A stretch of DNA of 64,000 nucleotides, from the NCBI GenBank assembly GCA_013265495.1, contig MU058418.1:1824917-1888916 (forward strand), given 5' to 3'. The translations under genes were made by a program, and so were the position numbers. This document shows positions 14,201-29,200 of the stretch, one piece after another (position 1 is the stretch's first letter; every line of letters begins with the position of its first letter). The notes beneath the pieces were generated by a model. It was not told where the DNA came from. It searched no databases and was given only the letters and a program-made list of their open reading frames with translations. This DNA is from Vicugna vicugna (taxonomy: Eukaryota).

Positions 14201-17200
14201 TTGTTCCAGCATTATTTTTCTAGGACTATTTCTATTAGTAGGTAACCCATATTCTTTAAGTTCACTGGAACCAGAGGTATTCCGTGCCCTCTGGTTTCTT
14301 TGAAGGTGATGATGTCTAGCTTTTGTCTTTCTTTTCAAGTCATAGCAGCACTGCCTTCAGCAGAGAGTGCTTCTGAGGGAGTATCCTCACCCTCATTATC
14401 AGCTAGTATTATGATAGACAAAAACCAGAATCAGGACGAGATGGTGTTTAGAAAAAGTCCAAGTAAAGAAAGATAAGTCGTGGCATGCTAGGCTATCGTC
14501 AGTGATAACAAAAGAACATGAAGCTACGGAGCACTCCCACAGAGCAGCCTTGTCCCCAAAGGACAGCTTGTCTTCTTTATATAGAAATAGTTCCCACTTT
14601 TGATTTTCATATAACAGTATTACATGCAATGTTAAATGTGCTCCCAAAATATTTGATCACATTACAACAATTTTTTTGTGGATGTAGGAAGAATTCCTTT
14701 ATTTGAGTACTGTTTATTCTGGCTCTCTAATGCCTTAGAGAAGGGTCAGCAAACAACAGCCTGCAGCCCACCACGTGTTTTTTTTTTTAATACAATTTTA
14801 TTGAAATACAGCTATGCCCATTCATTTATGCACTGTCCGTGGTTGCTTTCACACTACAACCTGAGTTGAGTAGTTGCAACAGAGACTACGTGGTCTGCGA
14901 AGGCTAAAATATTTACTATCTGGCCCTTTAAGAATAAGTTTGCCACCCTAGCCCTAGTCTAGCGCTGGCTCATTGAACTCCCTGCACTGATGGGTATAAT
15001 CTGCATCTGTGCAGTCCAGTATGGAACCACCAGTCACATGTGGCTATCGAGCACTTGAAATGTGGATAGTGTAACTGAGGAACTAAATTTTAAATTTTAT
15101 TTAATTTTAGTGACTGTACATTTAAATATGAAACAGGTACATGTGGCTAGGGACAACAGTATTGGACAGCACAGCCTGGGAGTTACCAGAATCTTTAGCT
15201 CTGTGACGCACTGAACTTGCTCATTCATTCCAGAAAACTTTGTTGAGACCCTAGTATGTGCCAGCACTGTGGTTGGCTCTGTATGTGTGTGTGTGTCATA
15301 AAATATACATAACATAAGATATACCATTTTAACCAATTCTAAGTGTACAGTTCAGTGGCAGTAAGTACATCCACAGTGTTGTGCAACCATCACCATGTGG
15401 TGGATTCATGAGATTCATAGCCTGTACCCTCAAAAAGCTCACCATGTACTGAGGAAGTCATGACGCAGTGTGGCCAGTGCAATGATGAAGGCACTCCCAC
15501 AGGCTCAGTAGGCCTGGGTCCCCTCTGGAGGAGGGAGGAAGAAGTGATCTGCATCTCGGCAGTAGGAAGTTATGTCACAGAAAGCACTGGTAGCCTCAGT
15601 CTGGAAGTGAGATGTGAGGGGATTGGCTGAGGAACCATAAAGGGTTTTAACAAGTCTTAGCATCTGGACCCTTCTCTCTAGCAATATCGTGGTCAGGCTT
15701 CTGGGAGCAGGATTCATCTCACCCTTAGATGTTCTTGCTTATCAGGTGGCCAGAAAAAGGGAATGTATTTCCAAAGGTGGACAATTTACTTCCCATTCAG
15801 GGTCCAGCTCAAAGTACATATAAATAAATATATGACATTATTTCCGATTTTTGGAGCAGATATTCAGAACAAGTAACACACACAATTATGTTAATGAGAT
15901 GACTGAATACATGTGACCCAGAGGTATATACATTCAAGGTCCTGCTACTGTCACAGAGTCATGTTTAATGAATTAGTTTGACTCCAGGACGGTTTCATAG
16001 GCAATCAGTAGCTGTTTCTGAAATTACCTAAAATCTGAGACTTTTTCCACCCTGGGCTCTGCTTCTCTCTTCTCAATCCTGTTTAGGTTTCCCAAAAATT
16101 TCAAAGCATCTTCAAGGAGCAGCAGAGAATGCAAACGTTTCCAGACTATGATGCTGGGATAGCGAAGGCGGAGAATTTGGGTTTGGCAGGACCTGTCATG
16201 GCCTTGAAAAAGAGAGCCAACTGGATTTCCTTTATAAAGGTAAGGAGATCCATGGTGATGGTCACCTGTGAATGATGTCAGCGGTGTCACAGAGTATCCT
16301 CCAAGCAGGCCAAGCAACCTAACAGCATCAGGTCTGTCAGGTCCCTATTGTCCTCTCTCCTCAATTCCCTCAGCAGACTGTCCCCTAGGACCACAGATAG
16401 GTGCCTGCCCAACTCAGGAGAGGTAGCTCAGAGAATCTGGCCTTGTGCACCAGCATCTCCCAGCTCCTTCCTGCATCTGCTCTGCGTTGGAGTTAACCAT
16501 ACCGATTTGCCTTCTCTGGAAGTTCCCCCATCTCCCGTGTCCTTCTCTATTGGGTCAGAACTCCCTTCTTGTTGTTAATGACCTTGGCTACTTGGCAAGA
16601 ACAAAGAATAACACTCAAAGGTATAATTGAGTTGTGTAAATCCACCTTTTCAGTCAGAAACTACTTATAGAGCTCATCCTGTGTGTCAGGAATGGCCCTT
16701 GGTTCTGGAAATACACAGTTCACAAACAACATAGAAGTAAGCAGATTAAACGGGACGATTTTAGGTAGTGGTAAGTGATGAGCTGATTCTCATTATTTGG
16801 AGGTGGTTATGTTCTGTAAAGTTAGCCCGAACACTGAAGTAACAAATCCTGAACCATTACTCAGGGGAAATACAGGGTTAGGCTCATCAATTAATCAATA
16901 CATAACCTAGTTTTATGTGTGTTTCCCTTTAAAGACATTATTTAATATATGTTGTTGATTCATTAACATCAAACTCATGGCCAACAGCACTGTAACTCAT
17001 GCCTGAATGAAGCTTATTGCACACATGTCCTTCTTCTAGAAGACACATCACAGCCTTCCTGTACTTAGGAGCACTAGACAACACTTCAGTTCTATGCTTG
17101 GGGGCTAATTTAAACAGTGAAATCACCAACAAAAAGCACAAAAGTATAAAAACATGGCACTAACTAGAACATAAAAAGGAAACTTGTTTACAGTATGAGC

Positions 17201-20200
17201 TGAAACGAGAAGGCAAATGTCACCTTGTTTGACTTCAGCTGGGAATATGGGGTTGGGTGAGTCAGATATTTCTCTATTCTGTGCATGTCCATGAATGTCC
17301 AGGAAAGCTCTGCTGTGCTGATATGGGGGTTATGAATAAATTTTAGTGAGGAGGCAAATTTGCAAATACAAAATCCATGAATAAAGAGAATCAACTGTAT
17401 CATGAAGGAAAAAAACTTATTTGATAAAGATGGATGGAAGGAAAGCAGAGAAGTCACAAATTATTCCTAAGCCTGAGGCTTGAGCAAATAGGTGGTTGCT
17501 GTAGGGGAAGCCAGACTTTTTGTTTTAGATTCTTATACTGGCCATTCAAATAGAAATATCAAGGAGATAGTTGAATATAACAGGCTGGAGCTTAGAGCTA
17601 GATATAAATTTGAGTGTTATCAGTATGTTAATGTATTAATAACCGTAGAACTAATTTTTGAAATATAACTTGTTAATATGAAAGATGAAGTTTTACACCT
17701 GGAGCCTCAAAGAGTCTTTGTGGGCAAACTTCTCTTGCCCTATAACTGAAGTGCAATGCCAAGTACTGATGGATTTAGGGTCCCTTCTGCCAATGGGTGG
17801 TGGTGTTTCATCACAGATGGAGCTACTGCTTCTTAACAGGTCAGGTACCAACAGGAACTACTGCTGCCATCTCCCTACACGCATCTGTGAGCCCACACAG
17901 ACCCTTTCCAAGACTTCACATGCTCTAACAAACTTCCTAGCACCGAGGCCAGGTCCCATTTCAACAGGTCCTTGAATCTCTTTGCTTGCAACTTTTATTG
18001 AGAACCATCCTGTTACGTTGCAACTTTGTGTAAACATGTTTGTCCACTAGATTAAGCCAAAATGTGATCCTTGGCAAAAGAAACTTTTGACCAAACTGAA
18101 AGAACGGAGAAGAATAGATGTATTAATGCAACTCCAAGCAAAAATTTTGAAGGTAAAAAAGTATCCATGTTCTCTTGTAGATAAAATTCTGTTCTCAGAA
18201 AATTGAATTTTTATCTCCTTATAAAAAACGTTAGCCATGGATTCACTATGAAGGCTTTATTTGGAACTTCTGAATCTAATTGCCAAACTTTTATAATTCT
18301 GTTAGCTTTCAGAGAGTAACAGTTGTCAAAAGAGCAGGATTTGAGTTCAGCTTTAGCACTGTCTCTGTGTGATACTGGGCTAATCATAGAACTTCCTTGA
18401 GTTTTAGTTTCCTCATCTGTGAGAGTAAAATGTTAGACTAAATTATCTTATTTTTATTGTGGTTTAAAAAAATCCACATTGCATAAAATTTATCATCTTA
18501 ACCGTTTTTAAGGGTACAGTTCAGTAGTGTTTAGTATATTCACATTGTTGTGAGACAAATCTCCAGAACTGTTTCATCTTACAAAACTGAAACTCTATAC
18601 CTATTAAATAACTTGCTGTTTCCTCCTCCTCCTCCCTGTCCCTAGCAATCACCATTCTACTTTCTGTTTCTGAATTAGACTGCTCTTAGATATCTCATAT
18701 AAGTAGAATCATACAGTATTTGTATTTTTGTAACTGGCTTATTTCACTCAGGGTAATGTCCTCAAGGTTCATCCATGTTGTAACATGTGACCAGATTTCC
18801 TTCCCCATATATATATTTTATTGAAGTATAGTCAATTTACAATGTTGTATCAATTTCTGGTATACAGCACAATACTTCAGTCATATAGGAACATGCATAT
18901 TTGTTTTCATATTTTTTTCGCCATAAGTTACTACAAGATATTGAATATGGTTTCCTGTGCTATTCAGTAGAAATTTGTTGTTCTCCCTTTTTTTCATGAA
19001 CACTTATATCAGTTTTATTCACAATAGCCCCAAACTAGAAACAATCCAGATATCCTTCAGTGGGTGAATAAACGAACAGTAGTATATCCATACCATGAAA
19101 TACCAATCAGCTATAAAAAGGAACAAACTAGTGGTATATCCAAGAACCTGGATGAATCTCCAGAGAACTGCATGAGTGAAAAAAGTCAATCCAATAAAGA
19201 CTGTAAGAGTCCATTTATACAACACTCTTGAAATGACAAAAGTATAGAAATGGAGAACTGATTCATAGATTCCAGGTGTTTAAGAGAGACTGGTAGGGGA
19301 GGGAAGGTAGTGAAACTATAAAAGGGCAACATGAAGGGTCCTTGTAGTGATAAGTCTGTTCTATATCTTGACTGTATCAATGTCAATATCCAGGTTGTGA
19401 TACTATTCTATAGTTTTGCAAGATGTTAACACTGGGGGAAATGGAGTCAGGGGTACATAGGATCTCTTTATATTATATTCTTTTCCTCATTCTCTCTCTT
19501 TTAAAATTGTGGTGAAATATACATAAGATGAAATTTATCATTTTAACCATTTTTAAGTGTACAGTTCAGTGGTATTAAGTACATCCATGCTGTTGTGCAA
19601 GCCATCACCACCATTCACCCCCAGGACTCTTTATATTCGTCAAATGGAAACTCTTTACCCATTAAACAATAACTCCTCATTCTGTGTGCAGGGCCACCTG
19701 CTATTGTGTTTAGAAGGTTGTCACAGGATTTAAAATAAGCTGCTGGGTATATTTGAATACTTATACAGTGTTGAATGGATGAACACACCTAAGGGAATCA
19801 TGATGTTTGAGCTAGATTTTATTTTTTAATTAAGTTAAATCCCACCTGGGACTTTTTTCTTATTTGTGTGTACATGATCTAATTCTTGCTGAAAAGAGAG
19901 AAATGACCCTTCTTCCAACCATTGCTTCTCCTCTCTGTTCTACTTGAGATTGCCAACCCTGAGCGAGTAATGCAAGTGCTCCAAGATCATGCTGCAAAGA
20001 CAGTCTCACTGGCTTCATCTCGTGCAACATTTGTGGCTTCCCAGGGTTTGCATCAGGGCAACTACGACCAAATCTGGGAGAGCATTTATAGCAACATCAA
20101 CCTCTACCAGGTATAATAGGAAAAAATAACCAATATGCTTTTCTTTTCAACTCTTCATCTGTTATAAACCTTAGAAATTTACTTTGTTAGTTTTTAGAGA

Positions 20201-23200
20201 CCCTCTCTCCAAAGCTGTATACCTAGCCAGATTTGTTTTTATTATAACAAAATTAAATGCTAATTAAAAAGAGGGATATAAAAAGGTGTAATATAATATG
20301 TTCTTGCTGCAGGGACTTATACTCAGCCAATAAATGCCAATGCTAAGTGGCAAACTCTAGTGCTGAACACCAAATGAACTCATTTAACTCAGATGTTAAA
20401 TATTGTGTGTTTGAGGGATGGTGGTCCCCAAAGAGTTGGTTCTATTGGGGGAAGCCTCTCGAAGGAGGAGGAAATTGAGCTGCGCTTGTAGGAAGCACAG
20501 GGCTTAGGGAAGTGGTGGTGGAGTGAGAAGCAGGGGGCCTATTCCAGGAGGGATGCAGAGGAGGTACTGCACATGACATGTTCAAGTCCAGTTGGGTTGA
20601 GTGGAAGATTCATGTGGAAATCAAGTGAAGAAAGTTTTTCAGCGGGGAGGAGAGGCAGGTTATAAATGCTCGTAATTCCAGACTAAAGAATTTGTGCTTG
20701 ATCCTGTAAGGGAAGTCACACACACACACACACACACTGTATTTTAGGAGGGTGCATGTGGCAGCAAGGTGTTAGTTGGATTGAAAGAGGGAGAGATTGG
20801 AGGCAGGGAAGCCAGTTAGGCAGTTACTCCATAGGATAGGCATGGAATTTGGAAATGAAAGGAAGTTTCTACACAAAGCTAGTGGATACTTGTCTTTACA
20901 ATGGAACCGTAAGTTTTTGAAGCTACAATCTGCTATTATTTCTTTGTTGCTAAGGGGAGACTTTTGTTTCATTTACTTATTTAAGATGAGAAGACTTGGT
21001 GTGTTTATAGTCTGAGAAGAAAGAGCAGTGCAGAAAAAAGAGATGAAAGATATGAAAGAGTAATGTGAAAAACAGAAGACCCTGGAGAAAGAGGAGGGAA
21101 TGGGATAAAGAAACCAGATAGAGGAATAATTTTGAGAAAGGGAGATTGGCATCAACTTCCCTCAAGGTAAATGAGGTGCGTAGAATTTTCAGGAGCAAAA
21201 AGTGAGATAAAGGAGCTTCTGAATGGCCCTGGCTGTTTTAGAGAGAGGAGGACGAGGTTCTGTGAGCGAGGTAGAAGGTAAGAGTGACCTGTGAAGAGGG
21301 GTATCACTCTGGGGAAGACAAAGGACCACCAATGAGGAAAGAATGTACGAGTGACTATGTAGCTCAGAGGGCCCAGTCGAAGTAGGAGGGCATGAATTTG
21401 TAATAAGCCTGTCTGTATAATAATTCTATTACTTTTACCCCTAAAGATCATTGTAGAGTAACTAAAAATTATACATAAAGTCAAAAGTATAGAGAAGTTT
21501 AGTAAAATGCTGGAGAGAGAAGCAGTGCCATGGTCCACCATCCCAGGGTGGGTATGGGGGAAAGTAAAACCTGAAGTGATGGGTTACAGATTGGCTGGAA
21601 GCAAGCACATGTGAGGCACGTACGTGTGTTCATACACACACACACACACATATACACCTTCTGTATCTTTTCAATCTGTGTACACAAGAATCTAGAGAAT
21701 CTAATGGAAAATGAGTTGGCCACACAGATCAGGAGCAGATGCAGCATATCGTAGTATAGCTCTGCCTGGCCCCTGAACTCCCCGACAGTGCATGCAGCTA
21801 ACAGTGACACCCTCTCCTCAGCTAATATCCTGCCACAGCTGAGAAAATAGCCACAGTTTTCCTATTCCATTGCCATTTTGCACTGAGGTATATGTCACTG
21901 TTAAAGAAGACCTTATACTAACAAGGGGACAGTTAAAAATGTCTGGCTCTTCTTTTTGATCCAGATTTGAGGGGGAGGAGACAGGGAGTAGAGAAGAAGG
22001 GAAGTAGGTGAAGGCAGAGTCAGCCCAGGTGTCTCTGAACAAGATCTCTGCTCCTAGGATCCTGGACAGTCTACCTGTTGATGCTGAATCTGTTCTCCTC
22101 CTTGGCTGAGAGCGTGGAGGGAACTAAACTCTTGGGGACCAGATTAGGGTGAAAGGAGGTAAATATGAGTGAGAGAAGGGTAGGAGGCAAAGGAATATGG
22201 AGTCAGAGATGAAGAGCTTCATGTTTGAAATCATGGAGAAGTGATGATATGTGTGGGTGAGGGTGTGGCTGGGCCACCAGGTGACAGAGTTGTAGCAGTG
22301 CCCATGTTCGCTTAGGGGACAAAGGAGGTTACCTCTGTGGGACCAGCATGCCGGCGAAAAGCAGAAGGTGCACAGCGAGAGCAGGAGAGGTGACTCGGGA
22401 GTGTTGAGAGGCAGAAAACACTAAGTTCAAGTCACAGCGTTGAAGCCCAGCTGCACAGTGGAGAGAACACTCCTTGCTGTTCTCTGCTGCTGCTTCCCTC
22501 CATGTGCCGAGGAGGTGGAAAGTCAGGGTACTGATAAAAGGCAGTCTGAGTTTTCACCAAAGTCTGTTCTGAATATAGTTGACCGAATGTTAAAAAGACA
22601 TTTTATTTTATTTTATTTTATTTTATTTTATTTTTTAAACATTTTTTATTGAGTTACAGTAATTTTACAATGTTGTGTCAAATTCCAGTGCAGAGAACAA
22701 TTTTTCAGTTATACATGAACATATATATATTCATTGTCACATTTTTTTTTTGCTGTGAGCTACCACAAGATCTTGTATATATTTCCCTGTGCTATACAGT
22801 ATAATCTTGTTTATCTATTCTATATATACCTGTCAGTATCTACAAATTTTGAACTCCCAGTCTGTCCCTTCCCACCCCTACCCTTGACAACCACGAGTTT
22901 GTATTCTATGTCTATGAGTCTGTTTCTGTTTTGTATTTATGTTCTTTTTTTTTTTTAGATTCCACATATGAGCGATCTCATATGGTTTTTTTTTTACTCT
23001 TTCTGGTTTACTTCACTTAGAATGACATTCTCCAGGAACATCCATGTTGCTGCAAATGGTGTTATGTTGTTGGTTTTTATGGCTGAATAGTATTCCATTG
23101 TATAAATATACCACATCTTCTTTATCCAGTCATCTGTTGATGGGCATTTAGGCTGTTTCCATGTCTTGGCTATTGTAAATAGTGCTGCTATGAACATTGG

Positions 23201-26200
23201 GGTGCAGGTGTCTAAAAAGACATTTAAAAAAAAGAAAAGAAAAGAAAGAAATAAAACCACTTACTCTGGCTAGATACTGACTTGTAAATGTTGTTCTTGG
23301 AATTGACCAAAGGGAGAAAATGTGAGCACTGTATTTTCAAGCTGATTTATGACAAATAGACTCTAAAAAGACTTAGAATACCTACAGATTCTAGAGGTGG
23401 AGCATGGGGTGGGGTGTATTTAACACACACAAATTACCAATTACCAAACACATTAATGTCATACAAGTTTTCCAGTTTCCCATCCATTCATTCAGTGATT
23501 ATTGCGTGGGTGCTGTCTTTGTGCCAGGAATTGTGCTGGGCTTGGGGAAGGAAACATGCAATAAACTCGTGAATAAAGAAGTAAACCTACATCTCTAATG
23601 TGCAGGTGCTGTGAGGAAAACTAAGGAGCAGAAGGCAGTGGGGTGGGAGGAGCACCCTCTGGTAGAGAGACCAGCCATGATCTTTCAGAGTAAGGGGCAT
23701 CTGAGCTGAAATTTGATGAATGAGAGGGCATCAGCCGTGCAAACAGGCTGGAGGAGAGCTTTCCAAGGAGGGAACAGAAAATAGCACAGGGTTTAAGGAA
23801 GGAAATCCTGAGGCAACAACCAATAGTTTTCCACCTTCTTTCACATTTTCCTGTGAGTGTTATTCCTCCAGGGCACCAATGGTAGTGTGTTGACATTCTG
23901 GATGTTGAATACTGGTCAGATGAGATTAAGATTAAGTAAAATGTAGCAACTGGAAGGAGTCACAGGAATGTGGGTATGAATTTTAAAGCTCGGTAACTAT
24001 TTTGCAAGCACATAGCATTCAAGTACGAATTTTAGCATGTGTATGTCGGTCAGCATCCTGATTCTGAAGTTGACAACCCATATCCTATGAAAAAGAGCTT
24101 TCTTAAGGGCCTTCGCATGAAGGAAAACAAACCTCAGAGGACTGTTCATTTTGACAGCCCTGAGAGAATGCAAGAACTAACTGTAATGCAACTTCAGAAC
24201 AGTTTCTGATCAATTCTTAATGAATACTATGCACTAGCAACCTTTCTTTAGGGAGTTTTTTTAAAAAACTATATGTTTTATTTTTGAATAGTTTTAGATT
24301 TACAGAAAAGTTGCAAAGATAGTATAGAGAGTTCCCAGTACAAAGCATTCCCAGGGTACCACACTATTTAATTGTCACGTCTCCCTAGACTCCTTGGGTC
24401 TGTGCCAGTTTCTTAGTCTTTCCTTGTTTATTGTGACCTTGGCAGTCTCTAGGAGTAACCTATAGAACATTTCCTAATCTGACTTTGATGTTTTTCCAGT
24501 GGTTACACTGGGGTGATAGGTTTGGGGTAAGAGCACCCCAGAGGTAAAGTGCTCTTCTTGTCACATCAGATCAGGGGCAGATGCTCCCAACATGACGACA
24601 CCGGGGATGTTAATCTTGATCATGTGGTTAAGCTAGTGGTGTTTGCCGAGTTTCTCCACTGTAAAGATACCATTTTTCTCTGTAAGGAGCTTTATAAAAG
24701 ATTAATTTTAAGCTACGGAAGTAATAACTAGATATTAATGCTTTAACTTGAACTAATGGAGACTCTAATACTGGTCCCCTCCATTCCACTACCTCAGAGG
24801 TAAGCACTGTTATTGCTTCAAGCCATTTCAATGCATTGACATCCATACATATGTCCGCATTAAAAATAATATTTGTATATACATAGTATAATTTTGCATT
24901 TTAGTTTTCTATATGAACCATCTGTCATATCCTATGGATATCTTCCTGCAACTTGCATTTTTCACCCAGCAAATATGTCTTAGAGATCTGTCTCAGCTGT
25001 CCTTTTCAGTGGCTGTGTTATTTATCGTGTACTACAGGTCACACAGCCACCCCTTTGTGGATGTTTGTTGCCATTTTTTCCCCCATTAGAAACCATGGTT
25101 ACTGAACTTTCTTGTATATGCCTTCTTCTACATAGGTGTGTTTCTTTAGTGTAGATATTTAGAAGTGGATTTTCCGAATCATAGAATGTGCACTTTAAAT
25201 TTTTCATAGATTCTGTCAAAGTGGTAATAGCATTTTTTCTTATCCAGAAACTTATGAGAGAACCTGTTTTCCCACATCCATTTTAATACTGAATATGTTT
25301 GTCTCAACATTGATAATGTCTGTAATGTTTCTATCATAGTTTGAATTGGCCTTTTATTTATCATTAGCATTGAAGGCTGGCCACTCTTTCCTTTAAACAC
25401 AGTTCTAACTCCAGATTAACTCAAAGATCTGGGTTTGGGGGATAAAGAAAAACATACCTCATTTTCTTATAATTATTAATTGACTACAATGTATAACTTG
25501 AAAGAGATAATTCTGATCCAGATGGATTGCGTTTTTGGATATTCTTTTAAAAAAACGTAAAAATAATTTAACTGTATTCCCAATCAGAAGGACCAGCTAG
25601 CCCTGTGTGGATCCTCCCGAACCTGTTATTGTCTCCAATGCCATTCTCTAAGAAAACACCTGTTTATGAAAATAGCTATGTATGGACAGTAAAAATCATC
25701 ATATTTCTAAAGATGTGGCTTAAATTGATCACCGTTTTTTAACTTTGGAGTGGTGAAGTGGCAGAAAACACTATATCCTTTGTCTCTACTTCTGCTTCTG
25801 CTTCACTGGTCACATCAAGGATGGAAGACGGGGACACCCTATGTCTATGTGACTGCTCCCTCCACCCAGAGATAGTGCAATATAGTGAATACATGGTGTG
25901 CTCTCACAGAAGTGGTGTTGGATGTGGTAGCGCCAGTGTGCAAGAAGTTCCAGAAACATGAAACAGCTTTTTCCTGGTTTTCCTCATCAAATTCAATAGA
26001 ACATTTAAAAACCAAACATCTTCTGATAACCATAATAACATGTATTTATCAGAAAATTTGGGAAATAGAGAAAAGTTCAAGGGAGAATATTAAAATCACC
26101 CATTATTCTATCACCCAGATGTAACAACAGTATTGTTAACATATATCCTTCTAGTCTTTTTATTCTGTGGATATACACCAGTATGCTGTAGAGACATTTA

Positions 26201-29200
26201 GGGGGATGGGGAATACATAATAGGCTTACTCTTCCTCTAATTATTCCCTCCACCCTACCTCCCACTCCACTGCCCCTGTCAATTTTCCAGAAGAAAATGA
26301 GATTTGCAATCAGTGGAAATCTCAGAACTGTCAAAATGCATGAACTCAGCCATTCTGCAGAGAATCAGCCACAAAGTAGAATAAATGTCAAAGGATTTAC
26401 TTACCTAGGAAGAGAGAATGAACACAGGTGGTGTTGACACTCTGGTTTCTTGTCAGTCCTTGGCTTACCTGCACTGTGTCTGGCTCTCTTAGGGGAATAC
26501 ACTCATGGACTCTTGGTGTTTCCCAAGCAGTTTGCTTCTGTGGGCTGTGGTTGGTTCAGGTTTCCCGGAGGATGCTGGGCTCTCTTCCTTGACTCACCCT
26601 AACCTGCTGTGCCCCCTTCCTCTCTTCCTGGCAATCTGCTGGTCCAACAATATTTTTGTGGTTTGTTCAGTCATTCCTTTAAAGTGTCTTTCACTGTAAC
26701 TTAACATCACTTTCTATTCCTTCCTATGTAATTCTGGGTAATTTAAGAAGCAGCTGAAAAAGTCACAATCCCGTCAGAGAAAAGCTGTGGCTCTGAGCCT
26801 GCCCTCTGGAGCCACATCGGGCACTGCTAAACTGCAACACAAAAGCGCTGTAAGCCCAGGAGGCAAAAGGCTTCAGTAGAGCCCCTCTCACCCCAAATTC
26901 TGGGTCAAATAGAAATTACCAAAATTCAGCTCCCCTCTTGGGGTATATACTTTTCTATAGATTTTTTTTTTAAATAACAGATTCTCTTTACTTTGGAATA
27001 ATGATCTGGTGTTTCTGTATTAAGGAACAGGACTGCACCACATCACCTCCTAGGGTCTTTTCCAGTCTGTGGGTTGTTTACACAGAAATATGCTGATGTA
27101 CATACTCACCCAGAACAGAAAGGAGCTACCTCTGCCCACAGGCAGAATGGGAAGCCACTTAATGATACCCAGTTAGACAACTTTCTCTCTTCCCTACTCT
27201 TTCTAATATCCCTGTCCAAATTTTTCTTCCCCACTGCCTGTCATAAAAGCTGGTAGTCTCTCTTTAGTCTTGGGAACTTTGTTAGTTAAGATTAGGTTTG
27301 GTTGTTGGTCATGGTTAAACACAAAATAACAGAGGATTAAAGGAGATGGAAATTTCTCTTTCTCCCTCATACTAACATCCAGGGTAGGAAGTACAGAGCT
27401 GGTGGGATGACTCTGCTTCACGGAATCTTCAGGTACCCACACTGCTTCCATCCTGAAGTTCCAACAAATGTGGCTTCCGTACCTGAGGTCAACACCTGGT
27501 CTGAGGTGGAGTTCCAGCTGACACATTCATTAGGCAGCAGGATGGAAGATGGGGAAGGGGAAGGAGAAGCTGCCACTTCAGGGCAATTCCTGGAAGCTGC
27601 TACATGGCATTTCACTTCAATTCCATTGGCCATTAGTCATATAGCTCCACCTAGCTACAAGAGAGGCTGGGACATGTAATCTTTATCTGGGTGGTCATGT
27701 GCCAGGATAAATATTCAAGTACTGTGGGAAAAGAGGAAAATGAATATGGGAGAATAACCAACAGTTTCTGCCATAAGGATTTGTTGGAATTCTGAGAACT
27801 GCTGTTAAACACAAGTAACCCAGCTAAGCCATTGACACTCAGTATTTCCATGGGGATCAGTGCCACTAAGAAAGAGCACATCTTATGGAAATGGGTTGTA
27901 TGCCCAGGGATGGGCAGAGAGGGTGACCGAAAAAGGGGCTGCCCAGAGGGTGGGGGCAGGACCAGACATCCTTATCACCTTCTTCACAGTTTTCCTTAGG
28001 GCCCTGGGTGCATGACCTCATCCTTCTCCATGTTAGGAAAGATAACTGAGGAAATTAGCATAAAACATGAATTTTGTGATAGATCCTACATCCTGACTGA
28101 TGACTACCATCCCTGGCCAGGAGAGAACTAGCATGTGCTGAGCACCTATGAGGTGCCAGCCACAGAGCTTTATACACATTTTATCATTTAATTCTCACGA
28201 CAGCTTATTTCCCTATTTCACACTATTTTATAAATATGAAAACAGGATTAAGACTTTAAATGATTAAATTATATTGCTAAAAAGTAGAAAAAGGCATTTA
28301 ATCCACTGATCTCTCTCAGCCTGGGACAAGACTAGATGTGAGAGTTTCAAGGTTCCAAACATCTACAAATGTATGTATCAACTTTTCATAGAATGGATCA
28401 TGTAAAAGGGGAGGCGGGGTGGTAATGGCTGGTATTTAAAAGTTCTGAATAGTTTTGTAAAACAAAGACTAAATAATAGTAAAAACAGTGACCTTTAATT
28501 CATTTTAGAAATTCAGGTTTTCACACATCAGGTTCAAATGGATCAAGATGCTCTTCTACTTGTTCATCTAAATGTGCCTTGGATCATGAGATTTAATTTT
28601 GTAATGACCTGACTATGATTTTGTTAATAATACTGCAAATGTTCATGTAATCCTACTAATGCTACTTTTTTGCTAGAATGAAAATATGAAGGAAGATGAC
28701 CCTTCAGTGGAAGGAAATGAAAATGACCCGGCACAAATAAATCTTAGCCACTGTGCTGATGAGCCTGTCAAACAGAAGAGAGAGACAGGGTAAAATTAAC
28801 TCATTTTACTGGCGACTCAAGGAAATGGATTAAACACTGTGGGGAAAATTGAGTGATTGATTAATGTATAGGTTACATGTTAAACATCAAAAATGAAGCT
28901 GAAGTAAAAGCAAGATTGTTACAGCAGTTCAGGTAACTAAAACCTCTAGGCCTGGGTTTTTAATGAGAGTGATTGCTCAGAGAAATTTCTTTTTCTGTTT
29001 GTACATAGAGAGTCATTATTTTCGTTCCAGTGTATTTTAAAAGAGTAGCTATTACAAAACTCCCTGAAGTTAAAGAAAACGACTTCGGTGTGGTATATAT
29101 GAATTTTCTGAATCACTTTGAAGCAAAAGGTGTTTGTTCTGTTTTTCTGGCCCGCTGAAGGTACAGCTGCGCAGTGGCGCTACAACTGCTGGGCTTGGAC

